Positions 29,426 through 37,158 of a DNA stretch of 40,007 nt are shown here, one piece after another. Location of the stretch: NCBI GenBank assembly GCA_015522935.1, contig WALH01000047.1:1-40007 (forward strand). The letters are read 5' to 3'. The notes beneath the pieces are model-generated. The model worked only from the letters and a program-made list of their open reading frames with translations. It made no database searches and had not been told where the DNA came from. Position numbers and translations under genes: made by a program. The first letter of the stretch is position 1. Every line of letters starts with the position of its first letter. This DNA is from DHVE2 group archaeon (lineage in GTDB: Archaea > Thermoplasmatota > Thermoplasmata > Thermoplasmatales > Aciduliprofundaceae).

Positions 29426-29485
29426 ATTTCTCATGCTTCTTTCCTACCCAAACCAATAAATATACGTTTGCATTAGCATGCAATT

Positions 29486-30706
29486 GTGTTTGAGAAAATC
29501 ATGGGAGATTTAAAAACAATTCTTCGCGGAAATGTGCTTATTCTCTTCATTACTTGGGTTTTGCTCAGTTTCGGGAACAATATGGTTCACAAATTTGATG
29601 GACTGTATTTCAAAGCATTGGGAGCGTCGGATGTGTGGCTGGGATATATGGGTGCCATAACTTTTGGGATGATGGCACTTCTTCAGATTCCCGGTGGGCA
29701 TGTTGCCGATACATTCGGGAGGAAGAAGGTTATTGTGATATTCACCTTTGTGATGGCTTTTTCAATGCTCATCTTTGCCTTTGCACCTTCTTGGGAGTAC
29801 ATTGTTATTGGCCTGATCATAGCAAATCTCGCTCTTCTCTATCAACCTGCGCTGTTTTCAATAGTTATGGATTCCCTACCGCCCAACAGAAGAGCAGAAG
29901 GTTTTGCAGTTACAAACTTATCTTCTCTGCCAGCCCTATTCGCACCAATGGTTGGGGGTGCCCTCATATATTATTTGGGATTAATCCCGGGCATGAGACT
30001 TGGATACTTCCTCCTCTTCCTTTTATCTCTATCTGCCGCATTTCTCCGTCTTTTTCTGAGAGAAACTTTTCCATCCAAGAAAAAGAACTACAGGGAGGGA
30101 TTTTCATCTTTTTTTAGGGTGATAAAAAGTGTTGATTCAAGAGCCAAGGGTTTGATTATAGTGGCGATGCTTATGTTCTCCGCCTCAGGTATGGTGGGAT
30201 ATTTTATTGTGCTGTATTCTTCAACCTATACCTCATCTCTGATATTCGGAATAATTATGGGTGTGGGAATGCTCATATCCTCCCTAACCGGCGTGTTTGT
30301 GGGAAGGATGGGTGATATTAAAGGAAAAGAGAAGTTTTACCTCACAGGCATCATTCTCATGTCCATTGCATTAGCGCTCTTTGTATTTCCCAATATTTTT
30401 TCTCTTTTAGAATTTGCATTAATATCAGGATTGGCCATGGCATTCTATCAGCCATCAACTAACGGATTGATTGCAGACCTTGTTCCTTTGGAGAAAAGGG
30501 GCAGATTCACAGGCATGTATCTCTTCTCCTCTTATCTTGTGGCGATGCTCTTCAGCGCCTTCGCCGGGTACATATATGCTTTTGATCCTCAGATGTTATT
30601 CATCTTCGCCTCCTTTCTGGCGCTAATTGCAGCTTTGATAGGCTATCTGTTAGTTCTTCGCCCTTTTGTCAGACAAAGAAATGGTGATTTTTCACAAAAA
30701 GATTAA
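29486..30706 (+). CDS. Major facilitator superfamily transporter
   Basis: 406 aa with about 12 hydrophobic segments and the MFS loop motif GHVADTFGRKKV between TM2 and TM3. The start is either the GTG at 29486 or the ATG at 29501. Confidence 0.75.
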   Translation: MFEKIMGDLKTILRGNVLILFITWVLLSFGNNMVHKFDGLYFKALGASDVWLGYMGAITFGMMALLQIPGGHVADTFGRKKVIVIFTFVMAFSMLIFAFAPSWEYIVIGLIIANLALLYQPALFSIVMDSLPPNRRAEGFAVTNLSSLPALFAPMVGGALIYYLGLIPGMRLGYFLLFLLSLSAAFLRLFLRETFPSKKKNYREGFSSFFRVIKSVDSRAKGLIIVAMLMFSASGMVGYFIVLYSSTYTSSLIFGIIMGVGMLISSLTGVFVGRMGDIKGKEKFYLTGIILMSIALALFVFPNIFSLLEFALISGLAMAFYQPSTNGLIADLVPLEKRGRFTGMYLFSSYLVAMLFSAFAGYIYAFDPQMLFIFASFLALIAALIGYLLVLRPFVRQRNGDFSQKD

Positions 30707-30731
30707 ATACTTGTACTCCTATATCTGACAG

Positions 30732-31589
30732 ATGACAGACAAAAAATTTAAAAGATATGTTGAGCGGGAAATTGAGGAATATAAAGAGTATCTGGAGGGT
30801 GAGAAAAAGAGTAAAAATACGATTGAGCAGTATTCTCGAATCGTCAGAAATATGCTCTTACACATTAAAAAGGGGGCGGAGGACATCACTCCCGGTGACC
30901 TGAATAAATACAAAATATACCTTTCAACGAAGAAAAAATACTCCAAAAATTCTCTCTATCTTGCCATAAAAGCAATATCCTCATTCTTCAAATACAAAGG
31001 ACTCAATATGGCAAAATACTTGAAAGCCCCTAAGAGGCCCAAGTCCATACCAAAATACCTTACGGAAGAAGAAGTGAAAATGCTCCTCAAGTCAGCCCGA
31101 AATAACCCTCGAGACTATGCTATCCTCTCACTCCTCGCATACTCTGGATTGAGGGTGAGTGAACTTTGCAATCTGCGTGTGGAGGATGTGGACCTCAACG
31201 AAAGGGTAGTTTATGTGAATTCTGGAAAAGGAGATAAAGACCGTATTATGGTGATAAGCGAAAAGGCAGTGGAGGCAATAGAGAACTATCTCCTCAACCG
31301 TGAGGATGACCTTGTTTACCTCTTTATATCGAGAAAGGGAGAGAAAATAAGCAGAGTTCAGGTATTTCGTATAGTGAAAAAATACGCTCAAATTGCAGGA
31401 ATAAAGAAGAATGTGACCCCCCATGTTTTGAGACATACCCTTGCAACCACATTGCTTAGAAGAGGAGTGGATATAAGATACATACAGCAATTCTTAGGAC
31501 ATAGCAGTGTTGCCACAACTCAAATCTACACGCATGTTAACGATGAAATGCTGAAGAATGTTTACGACAGTGTTATGCAAGAGTACTGA
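30732..31589 (+). CDS. xerA: Tyrosine recombinase XerA (archaeal XerC/D homologue)
   Basis: 285 aa. It has an N-terminal SAM-like core-binding domain, the catalytic residue contexts GLRVSEL and HVLRHTLATTLL, and GHSSVATTQIYTHV. Confidence 0.85.
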   Translation: MTDKKFKRYVEREIEEYKEYLEGEKKSKNTIEQYSRIVRNMLLHIKKGAEDITPGDLNKYKIYLSTKKKYSKNSLYLAIKAISSFFKYKGLNMAKYLKAPKRPKSIPKYLTEEEVKMLLKSARNNPRDYAILSLLAYSGLRVSELCNLRVEDVDLNERVVYVNSGKGDKDRIMVISEKAVEAIENYLLNREDDLVYLFISRKGEKISRVQVFRIVKKYAQIAGIKKNVTPHVLRHTLATTLLRRGVDIRYIQQFLGHSSVATTQIYTHVNDEMLKNVYDSVMQEY

Positions 31590-32697
31590 GCCTGATAACT
31601 ATTCCCAAATTTTTCAAAATGAACGGTTTTTTCCTTATAACTCTCCAAACGACACGGGAGGGATAATCAATATCTCCATACTTATTTATCACTTCAATTA
31701 TTTCGGGATCGTTTAAATTCTTAATGATTCTGTTGAAATCCTCATCCCTCATTTTCCTGTAGATTTTGTGAAGGTATAAGGCTCTCTTCAATTCCTTTCC
31801 TATGATGCTTTTCCAGCAGGATTCATATGCTTTCAGATCTCCCTCTCTCCCTTCAAGATAATTTCCGATAGCTTTAACAGCACAAATCGCACTTCTCAAT
31901 CCGGTGTAAATCCCACCTCCTGAAGTTGCCTTTACCTGTCCCGCTGCATCGCCCACGATTAGCATATTCTTCCAATAGGTTCTATTAGCAAAGCCGATAG
32001 GTATCCCACCAAACTGCAAAGCAAGGGGCTTCAACTTCAATTTTTTAAGCAGATTTTGGAGATAAAAATAACTTTTTGTGTAGGATGCTACACCTACCTT
32101 TGCGATATTTTCATCATAGGGTATAACCCATCCGAAGAACCCCGGTGCCACGTCTTCGCCTAAAAAAATCTCCACTCTTTCGGCATCATCACTTCTGAAT
32201 CTGGCCATTACCTGTGATGCTCCAATAATCTGTGGCAACTCTGCACCTATAGTTTTTCTCACGAGACTGTTTATGCCATCCGCACCAACGATTACCTTAA
32301 CACGGTACGTGTTCAGAGTTGTGGTTAATATACTCCCGCTAACATATTTTACTCTCTCTTTAATATGTACATCTGCACCATTGCTCACCGCAATTCTTGC
32401 TAATTCCCTGTCAAAATTCACCCTATCAACTACGTATGCTCTTGGTTCCTCGTTTCCAATATCTAAAAAGGTTCCATCCGGAGCATGGATTCTTGCCCTC
32501 TTTGCATAATGCATAAAACCTATTTTGCCCACAATTTTTTCCACATTGGAAGATAATAATCCTCCACAGTGGGAGGGATTTCCTATTTCACTATGCTCCT
32601 CAAATACTGCAACATCAAATCCCTTTTTAGATAACTTTCCGGCTATATATGTTCCAATAGGTCCCGCACCGACAATAGCAACATCGTATCCATACAC
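31573..32697 (-). CDS. Geranylgeranyl reductase family flavoprotein
   Basis: 374 aa. Motifs are YDVAIVGAGPIGTY, CGG, GFFGWVIPY and IVGDAAGQVKATSGGGI. Confidence 0.8.
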   Translation of the reverse strand: MYGYDVAIVGAGPIGTYIAGKLSKKGFDVAVFEEHSEIGNPSHCGGLLSSNVEKIVGKIGFMHYAKRARIHAPDGTFLDIGNEEPRAYVVDRVNFDRELARIAVSNGADVHIKERVKYVSGSILTTTLNTYRVKVIVGADGINSLVRKTIGAELPQIIGASQVMARFRSDDAERVEIFLGEDVAPGFFGWVIPYDENIAKVGVASYTKSYFYLQNLLKKLKLKPLALQFGGIPIGFANRTYWKNMLIVGDAAGQVKATSGGGIYTGLRSAICAVKAIGNYLEGREGDLKAYESCWKSIIGKELKRALYLHKIYRKMRDEDFNRIIKNLNDPEIIEVINKYGDIDYPSRVVWRVIRKKPFILKNLGIVIRLSTLA

Positions 32698-32780
32698 AAC
32701 AGCATTATTGCTTGGACTTTAAATAAGTTTTTCGTATTTGCACTCGCAAGAGTTAAATAACAAAAAGATATCCCTCACCT

Positions 32781-32930
32781 ATGACATTTCAGGAAGCAGT
32801 AAATAGATTACTAAACAAAAAAATCTGTATGAAATGCCACGCTCGAAACCCGCCCAATGCAACGAGATGCAGAAGATGTGGCTACAAAGGGCTTCGCCCG
32901 AAGGCTAAGGAGAGGAGAGGCGGAAAATAA
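32781..32930 (+). CDS. rpl40e: 50S ribosomal protein L40e (eL40), absent from the supplied ORF track
   Basis: My own translation gives [49 protein letters not shown] (49 aa). It has the CxxC..CxxC zinc ribbon typical of archaeal eL40. A TTTAAATA-like box lies about 55 nt upstream. Confidence 0.85.
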   Translation: MTFQEAVNRLLNKKICMKCHARNPPNATRCRRCGYKGLRPKAKERRGGK

Positions 32931-33477
32931 ATTCCAGAACTTTTTCTATTGCATTTCTTATTTCTTCGATTGTCCAGCAATCTTTGCAGTTTTTCACAAT
33001 TTCTTCCGTGGGAGGTAGATGAATGAAGATAACCTTTCCACTCCCGATATTGTGTAACAGGGAGTAGTAGAAGGTATTGCAAACATAGGTTCCGGCGGAG
33101 AATGAAAGCTTAGCAGGAATATTTTTGCTGTTCAGGTATTTCACGAGTTCATCATATGGTTCATTCGTGAAAATGCAATCTTCTCCGTTTTCATATATTT
33201 TTCTGTTCTTCGGAGCGTAACCTTCATTATCCGGAATTTCAGAGTGCATTATGTTCACAGCGAGAGCTTCTACCTTGATTTTCCTTGCAGATGGGCTCAA
33301 TCCAGTTGCAATAACCATATCCGGTTTCATATCTGCTATTTTCTGGCCCCAAAGCTTTGCACCCCTGAAGGTCACAGGTATCCTGAATTTCTCACCTTCT
33401 TTTATCTTCTTAACTGCTTCCCAAGATGGATTAATTGTGAATTTTCCGAATGGCTCAAACCCTGTCAAGATTAGCAT
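32905..33477 (-). CDS. pcp: Pyrrolidone-carboxylate peptidase (peptidase C15)
   Basis: 190 aa. It has ILTGFEPFG, the nucleophile context AGTYVCN and the His context FIHLP. Confidence 0.85.
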   Translation of the reverse strand: MLILTGFEPFGKFTINPSWEAVKKIKEGEKFRIPVTFRGAKLWGQKIADMKPDMVIATGLSPSARKIKVEALAVNIMHSEIPDNEGYAPKNRKIYENGEDCIFTNEPYDELVKYLNSKNIPAKLSFSAGTYVCNTFYYSLLHNIGSGKVIFIHLPPTEEIVKNCKDCWTIEEIRNAIEKVLEFIFRLSSP

Positions 33478-34636
33478 AGTAATCCCTCAATTGTTTGAGA
33501 ACATAATTTCTTATATCATCCTCACTTGGATATCTGCCAACCAAATCGCCATTTATCATCACAGGTTTGAGTATTTCCTTCACCTCGCCCCCACACACAG
33601 GGCAACTATGCATATCTTCAAGATACGTGACAATGTATTTTCCGCATTTTTCGCATCTGAAAACCCGCTTTCTCCCACTGAATTTTCCCTTCTTCGCCTG
33701 CGGCTCTCCTTCAACATCAACAATATCCATAGCGTAGTCAATCGTTTTAGCGTTGCTTATCGATGTACCCACTCCGAATCCATCTACGATGTCCCGTAGA
33801 TTTCTAACACTTTCCTCATTGAGCCCACCGGATACGAATATACCCACATTCTTATGACCTCTTATATCTAATTCCCAGCGGACTTCCAGAACTATATCCC
33901 GGAAATTCCCTCTGCGAGAGGATGGTGTGTCAAGGCGAATGGATTTTAAATCTTTCAGAATCTCAGCTGCTTTTATTGCCTCATATTTTTCATCTCCAAA
34001 CGTGTCAATGAGGGCTATTCTCGGCACGTCTTTTGATACAAACTCATCAAAATTCTTCCACGCATCCTCCTCCCCAAGAGTCAAAATCAACGCGTGGGGC
34101 ATGGTGCCACTTGGCTTTTTGCCTATATGCTCTCCTCCTAAGATACTTGATACTCCATCGCAACCGCCAATGTATGATGCACGGTCAATCATTGGGGATA
34201 TGGCAGGATGCATTCTTCTCACACCAAAAGATAGAAGAGGTTTATCTCCTGCTGCTAGGCGAATTCTTGCTGATTTAGTAGCTATCCCCGATGCTTGGCA
34301 TATCAATCCAAGTATGGGAGTTTCGTATATGACAAATTCCTTGTAATCACCCTCTATCGCTATGACTGGTACAGGATAGCCCCTATAATCACGGGGAGTG
34401 AATATTGTCCCTTCAGGAAGAGCGTATATGTTCACGTTTTTTCCTTCCATTAGATGGAGAACTTCATCCAGACCTGCAAACACCACCCATGGGTAAGGGG
34501 GGTTCATAACTGTAAACTCTGCATAAACTCTTTTCTTTACTCCTAATTTTTCAAGGATTTCCTTTGTCCTCTGGAAATAAATATCCGTTGTTTTTCCCTC
34601 TTTTATCTCTTTTTCCGTGGCTATGTGGAACCTCAT
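33455..34636 (-). CDS. pncB: Nicotinate phosphoribosyltransferase (archaeal type) with a C-terminal zinc ribbon
   Basis: 393 aa. The N-terminal region reads KTTDIYFQRTKEIL. A type II PRTase barrel follows (MHPAISP, GTMPHA, LDTPSSRRG, VSGGL). The C-terminal segment is CEKCGK..CPVCGG. Confidence 0.8.
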   Translation of the reverse strand: MRFHIATEKEIKEGKTTDIYFQRTKEILEKLGVKKRVYAEFTVMNPPYPWVVFAGLDEVLHLMEGKNVNIYALPEGTIFTPRDYRGYPVPVIAIEGDYKEFVIYETPILGLICQASGIATKSARIRLAAGDKPLLSFGVRRMHPAISPMIDRASYIGGCDGVSSILGGEHIGKKPSGTMPHALILTLGEEDAWKNFDEFVSKDVPRIALIDTFGDEKYEAIKAAEILKDLKSIRLDTPSSRRGNFRDIVLEVRWELDIRGHKNVGIFVSGGLNEESVRNLRDIVDGFGVGTSISNAKTIDYAMDIVDVEGEPQAKKGKFSGRKRVFRCEKCGKYIVTYLEDMHSCPVCGGEVKEILKPVMINGDLVGRYPSEDDIRNYVLKQLRDYYANLDRV

Positions 34637-35205
34637 ACTTCATCACTCCTAACCATTTTAGCTCCGTATATCTTCTGCATATATCCAAGAGCCCATTTAT
34701 GTTCCTCATCTCCCGTTCCAGCACATAGATCCTCAACAATGCTTACCTTAAATCCACGGGCAAACGCGCCAAACGCCGTATGAAGAATACATATGTCCGT
34801 GGCAACTCCACAGATGTAGACTTCATCCACACCTTTTTCTTTTAGAATCTCCTCAGCCTGAGTGAAAAGGAATCCGTCGTATGTGTTTTTTTCTATAATA
34901 ACATCCCCCTTCTCAGGTTTTAAGTCCTCCACAATTTCTGAGCCCCACGTGCCGCGCATGGCATGCTCTCCCCATATTTTTATCTCAGAATCCGTTACAG
35001 TGTGAGAGTCTTTGAGAAATACAACTATATTTCCTCTCTTTCTGAACTTATCTGCGAATTCTTTTATTTTTGGGACAATTCTTCTCGCGGCTTCACTCCC
35101 GAATTTTCCGTCCACAAAATCGTGAATCATGTCCACAATGAGTAGAGCTTTCATACCTCGATATTGACTTTTCTTTACTTTAAGTTTTCGTGTCTGAAAA
35201 ACCAT
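34633..35205 (-). CDS. pncA: Nicotinamidase / isochorismatase-family hydrolase
   Basis: It has ALLIVDMIHDF and the catalytic Cys context YICGVATDICILHTA. An alternative start is the ATG at 35154 (MKALLIV). It shares a 4-nt ATGA start/stop overlap with pncB. Confidence 0.75.
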   Translation of the reverse strand: MVFQTRKLKVKKSQYRGMKALLIVDMIHDFVDGKFGSEAARRIVPKIKEFADKFRKRGNIVVFLKDSHTVTDSEIKIWGEHAMRGTWGSEIVEDLKPEKGDVIIEKNTYDGFLFTQAEEILKEKGVDEVYICGVATDICILHTAFGAFARGFKVSIVEDLCAGTGDEEHKWALGYMQKIYGAKMVRSDEV

Positions 35206-35251
35206 GAGTTAAAGATAAATAGTTTGTGCTCTATGGGGAATCGGTGATTGT

Positions 35252-35749
35252 ATGATATGCGAGTTGTGCGGTAAGGACGTACCTCGCCTTCACAAGGTAA
35301 TTATTGAGGGAGTTGTGTTAAATGTCTGTGATGAATGTGCCAAATTTGGCAAGGAGATAAAGGGCGATGAAATTCCCAAGGATGTTAAATACCTCCCACC
35401 TGAAATAGTACGTGAGAGGATAGAGAAAAAGAAAAGAAGGAGAGATCGCAGTCTGGAAGAGGAGGAAATTCTTGCTGAAGATTATCCGGAGAGGATAAGA
35501 AAGGCAAGGGAAGAGATGAACCTCACACAGGAAGATTTAGCGAAGATGATACTGGAGAAGAAGACGGTGATATCAAAAATTGAACGGGGGGAAATGAGAC
35601 CCGATGAAAAATTGATTAAAAAGCTTGAAAAGGCACTACACATAAAATTGAAAGAGAAAATCACAACTATTCATAGAGAAGAGAAGAAAAAGGTGAGAGG
35701 ATTGACCCTCGGTGATATGATTGAAAATGCAATAGGAGGAACAAAATGA
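35252..35749 (+). CDS. mbf1: Archaeal multiprotein bridging factor 1 (Zn ribbon plus HTH_3)
   Basis: 165 aa. It has CELCGK...CDECAKFG and a cro/C1-type HTH (IRKAREEMNLTQEDLAKMILEKKTVISKIERGEM). GGTGAT lies upstream. Confidence 0.85.
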   Translation: MICELCGKDVPRLHKVIIEGVVLNVCDECAKFGKEIKGDEIPKDVKYLPPEIVRERIEKKKRRRDRSLEEEEILAEDYPERIRKAREEMNLTQEDLAKMILEKKTVISKIERGEMRPDEKLIKKLEKALHIKLKEKITTIHREEKKKVRGLTLGDMIENAIGGTK

Positions 35750-35991
35750 GTTCTGCTATTGACTGGGGAACAGTGTGCTATGTAATCGGCGTAATAATCG
35801 GAATAATTATCCTAGCTCTTATTCTTCAATACCTTCTCAGTCCAAAGAAGAATCCTATTGGGAGAAAATATCTTCAGATGGAAAAGGAAGAAAGGGGAAA
35901 AGTGAACAAAAAAGAAGAAGACAAAGAAAAATTGGAAGAATTTTACAAAGAAATTTGGAAGGGGAGATCAAAGAACAAGCGCTCTAATTAG
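35746..35991 (+). CDS. Small single-pass membrane protein with a Lys/Glu-rich tail (hypothetical)
   Basis: 81 aa with one hydrophobic helix (VCYVIGVIIGIIILALILQYLL). Its ATG overlaps the mbf1 stop (ATGA). I recognise no family. Confidence 0.4.
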   Translation: MSSAIDWGTVCYVIGVIIGIIILALILQYLLSPKKNPIGRKYLQMEKEERGKVNKKEEDKEKLEEFYKEIWKGRSKNKRSN

Positions 35992-36555
35992 TCCTCTTAG
36001 AGGAACACCATTTATATCGTCTTTCGGTGTTTTGTTTACCATAACCACACACAGTTTTGGGTCACCATTTGCCTTCTTTATATCTTCTATTGCCTTGCTC
36101 ATTGTTTCTCCCGTGCTTATTACATCGTCAACAATTACAACTTTCTTACCTTCAATATGAGCATAGTTGCTGGAAAATGCACCTTCTTCCATCTTTGGAT
36201 GGGGTCTGTATATTATCATCTCCACGCCTAATTCTTCCGCAATGAACGTTGCAAATGGGATCCCGTTTATTAAGATACCCACTATGGCATCAACATCAAA
36301 ATCTCTTTTCTCCATCTCTTCCAGTATTACATCTGTCATAATCTCTGAGATTTTAGATATTCTGTACGGAAAAATGCCTATACTCCTCCATCCAATCTTC
36401 ACGTCCTTGGGCGCTTCTTCTTCTTCGATACCTTTAGTTAAAAGCCATTCAATAGTATTGGTGGATAAATGCAGTTCAGTCGCAATCTCCTTCACATCAA
36501 GTCCCTTCTTCCTGAGATCCATCGCCTTTTCGGCAAGTTCCTTAACACTCTTCAT
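35968..36555 (-). CDS. HTH plus phosphoribosyltransferase-domain protein (PyrE-like / GfcR-type regulator)
   Basis: 195 aa. The N-terminal HTH reads GLDVKEIATELHLSTNTIEWLL. The PRPP-binding loop reads VVIVDDVISTGETM. Confidence 0.7.
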   Translation of the reverse strand: MKSVKELAEKAMDLRKKGLDVKEIATELHLSTNTIEWLLTKGIEEEEAPKDVKIGWRSIGIFPYRISKISEIMTDVILEEMEKRDFDVDAIVGILINGIPFATFIAEELGVEMIIYRPHPKMEEGAFSSNYAHIEGKKVVIVDDVISTGETMSKAIEDIKKANGDPKLCVVMVNKTPKDDINGVPLRGLIRALVL

Positions 36556-36566
36556 ATTTCATCACC

Positions 36567-36614
36567 TCAGCACTCATAGGGTTCATCACCCTATCAGCAA
36601 CCCTATTTCATCAC
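36567..36614 (-). ncRNA. Box C/D-like module (C, D', C', D) within the leader of the HTH-PRTase gene; candidate sRNA or K-turn element
   Basis: The minus strand reads GUGAUGA-AAUAGGGUUG-CUGA-UAGG-GUGAUGA-ACCCUAUGAGUG-CUGA. Box order, 10- and 12-nt spacers and the ~48-nt size fit archaeal C/D sRNAs. However, the guide regions are self-complementary, and no target exists in the 16S gene present here. Confidence 0.3.
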
Positions 36615-36636
36615 CGAGGCATAAATCACTTGAAGA

Positions 36637-36644
36637 TATTTAAA
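36637..36644 (-). promoter_or_regulatory. TATA box (TTTAAATA on the minus strand) for the HTH-PRTase gene
   Basis: It is a consensus-like archaeal TATA element. A start about 23 nt downstream falls at the first GUGAUGA, near 36615. Confidence 0.45.
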
Positions 36645-36778
36645 CCTTTATCTTATGAGGAGGCACCTACGGTTCCCCTTTCAAAACCCTTCCCTTTGGG
36701 ACTAATTCGCAGCTTTCGCTGCTCGTTTCTCCTTCAAACCTTTTCCCTATTTACTAAGTGTGTTTAGCGAGTTCCTTT

Positions 36779-36805
36779 AGCCGCTTTCTTTCTAAGAAAG
36801 CGGCT
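36779..36805. other. Perfect 10-bp hairpin (AGCCGCTTTC / GAAAGCGGCT, 7-nt loop)
   Basis: Seen directly in the sequence. It extends to about 36771-36820 if internal loops are allowed. It is the strongest of five hairpins in this non-coding region. Confidence 0.6.
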
Positions 36806-36899
36806 TTAGCTGGAAAGAACAAGATAAATTCTGGGGATAAACGAGCATCTAGAGATGCGAGCCTGTCCTGTTATGCAGGACAGTGGCACTTTTCCTAAA

Positions 36900-36932
36900 A
36901 AAGCTTATTTCTTTGAGGATAAAACACCTTTA
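36900..36932. repeat. Imperfect direct repeat, unit 1
   Basis: AAAGCTTATTTCTTTGAGGATAAAACACCTTTA compared with 36995-37027 AAAGCATATTTCTTTGGGGGTAAAGCACCTTTT. About 28 of 33 positions are identical, and the units are 95 bp apart. Confidence 0.6.
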
Positions 36933-36994
36933 CTAAGAACCTCCGGCGGGTTCTTATTATCTCCAGCAACCCAAGAATAAGTTTCCTTTTTGGT

Positions 36995-37027
36995 AAAGCA
37001 TATTTCTTTGGGGGTAAAGCACCTTTT
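36995..37027. repeat. Imperfect direct repeat, unit 2
   Basis: Partner of 36900-36932. It also contains an internal GGTAAAGCA duplication. Confidence 0.6.
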
Positions 37028-37041
37028 TTAAAGGGGTTTAA

Positions 37042-37114
37042 TGCAGGCGCCGGGATTTGAACCCGGGCTAAGGGCTTGGAAGGCCCTTGTGCTGCCAGAC
37101 TACACTACGCCTGC
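37042..37114 (-). tRNA. tRNA-Gly (anticodon UCC)
   Basis: The manual cloverleaf has acceptor GCAGGCG/CGCCTGC, D stem GTGT/GCAC, anticodon stem AGGGC/GCCCT with loop CTTCCAA, T arm CCGGG-TTCAAAT-CCCGG, and discriminator A. CCA is not encoded. Confidence 0.9.
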
Positions 37115-37136
37115 CCAAAAATCCGAATGAGAAGGG

Positions 37137-37148
37137 GATATATAAATT
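37137..37148 (-). promoter_or_regulatory. TATA box (AAATTTATATAT on the minus strand) for tRNA-Gly
   Basis: It is an AT-rich TATA-like element whose downstream edge lies 22 nt from the mature tRNA 5' end. Confidence 0.5.
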
Positions 37149-37158
37149 TGCCGTCCTT

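Noticed and set aside
30732-31589. The tyrosine recombinase as a marker of an integrated virus or plasmid.
   Set aside because: Its size and motifs fit the chromosomal XerA. Its neighbours are an MFS transporter and a lipid reductase, with no viral or plasmid genes, no adjacent tRNA and no flanking repeats visible.
36167-36643. A 158-codon plus-strand ORF spanning the regulator gene and its leader.
   Set aside because: It is antisense to a well-supported HTH-PRTase gene and has a low-complexity Ser/Ile-rich translation. This is typical of a shadow ORF in AT-rich DNA.
36645-37041. Identification of the structured non-coding region as RNase P RNA, SRP (7S) RNA, an H/ACA guide RNA or a CRISPR array.
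   Set aside because: - There is no GAGGAAAGUCC or ACAGAA-type RNase P core.
- There is no SRP helix-8 motif.
- There is no correctly placed ACA box with a two-sided pseudouridylation pocket.
- Only two imperfect repeats 95 bp apart are present, which is not CRISPR geometry, and no cas genes are present.

The region is kept as an unexplained finding rather than given a named RNA.
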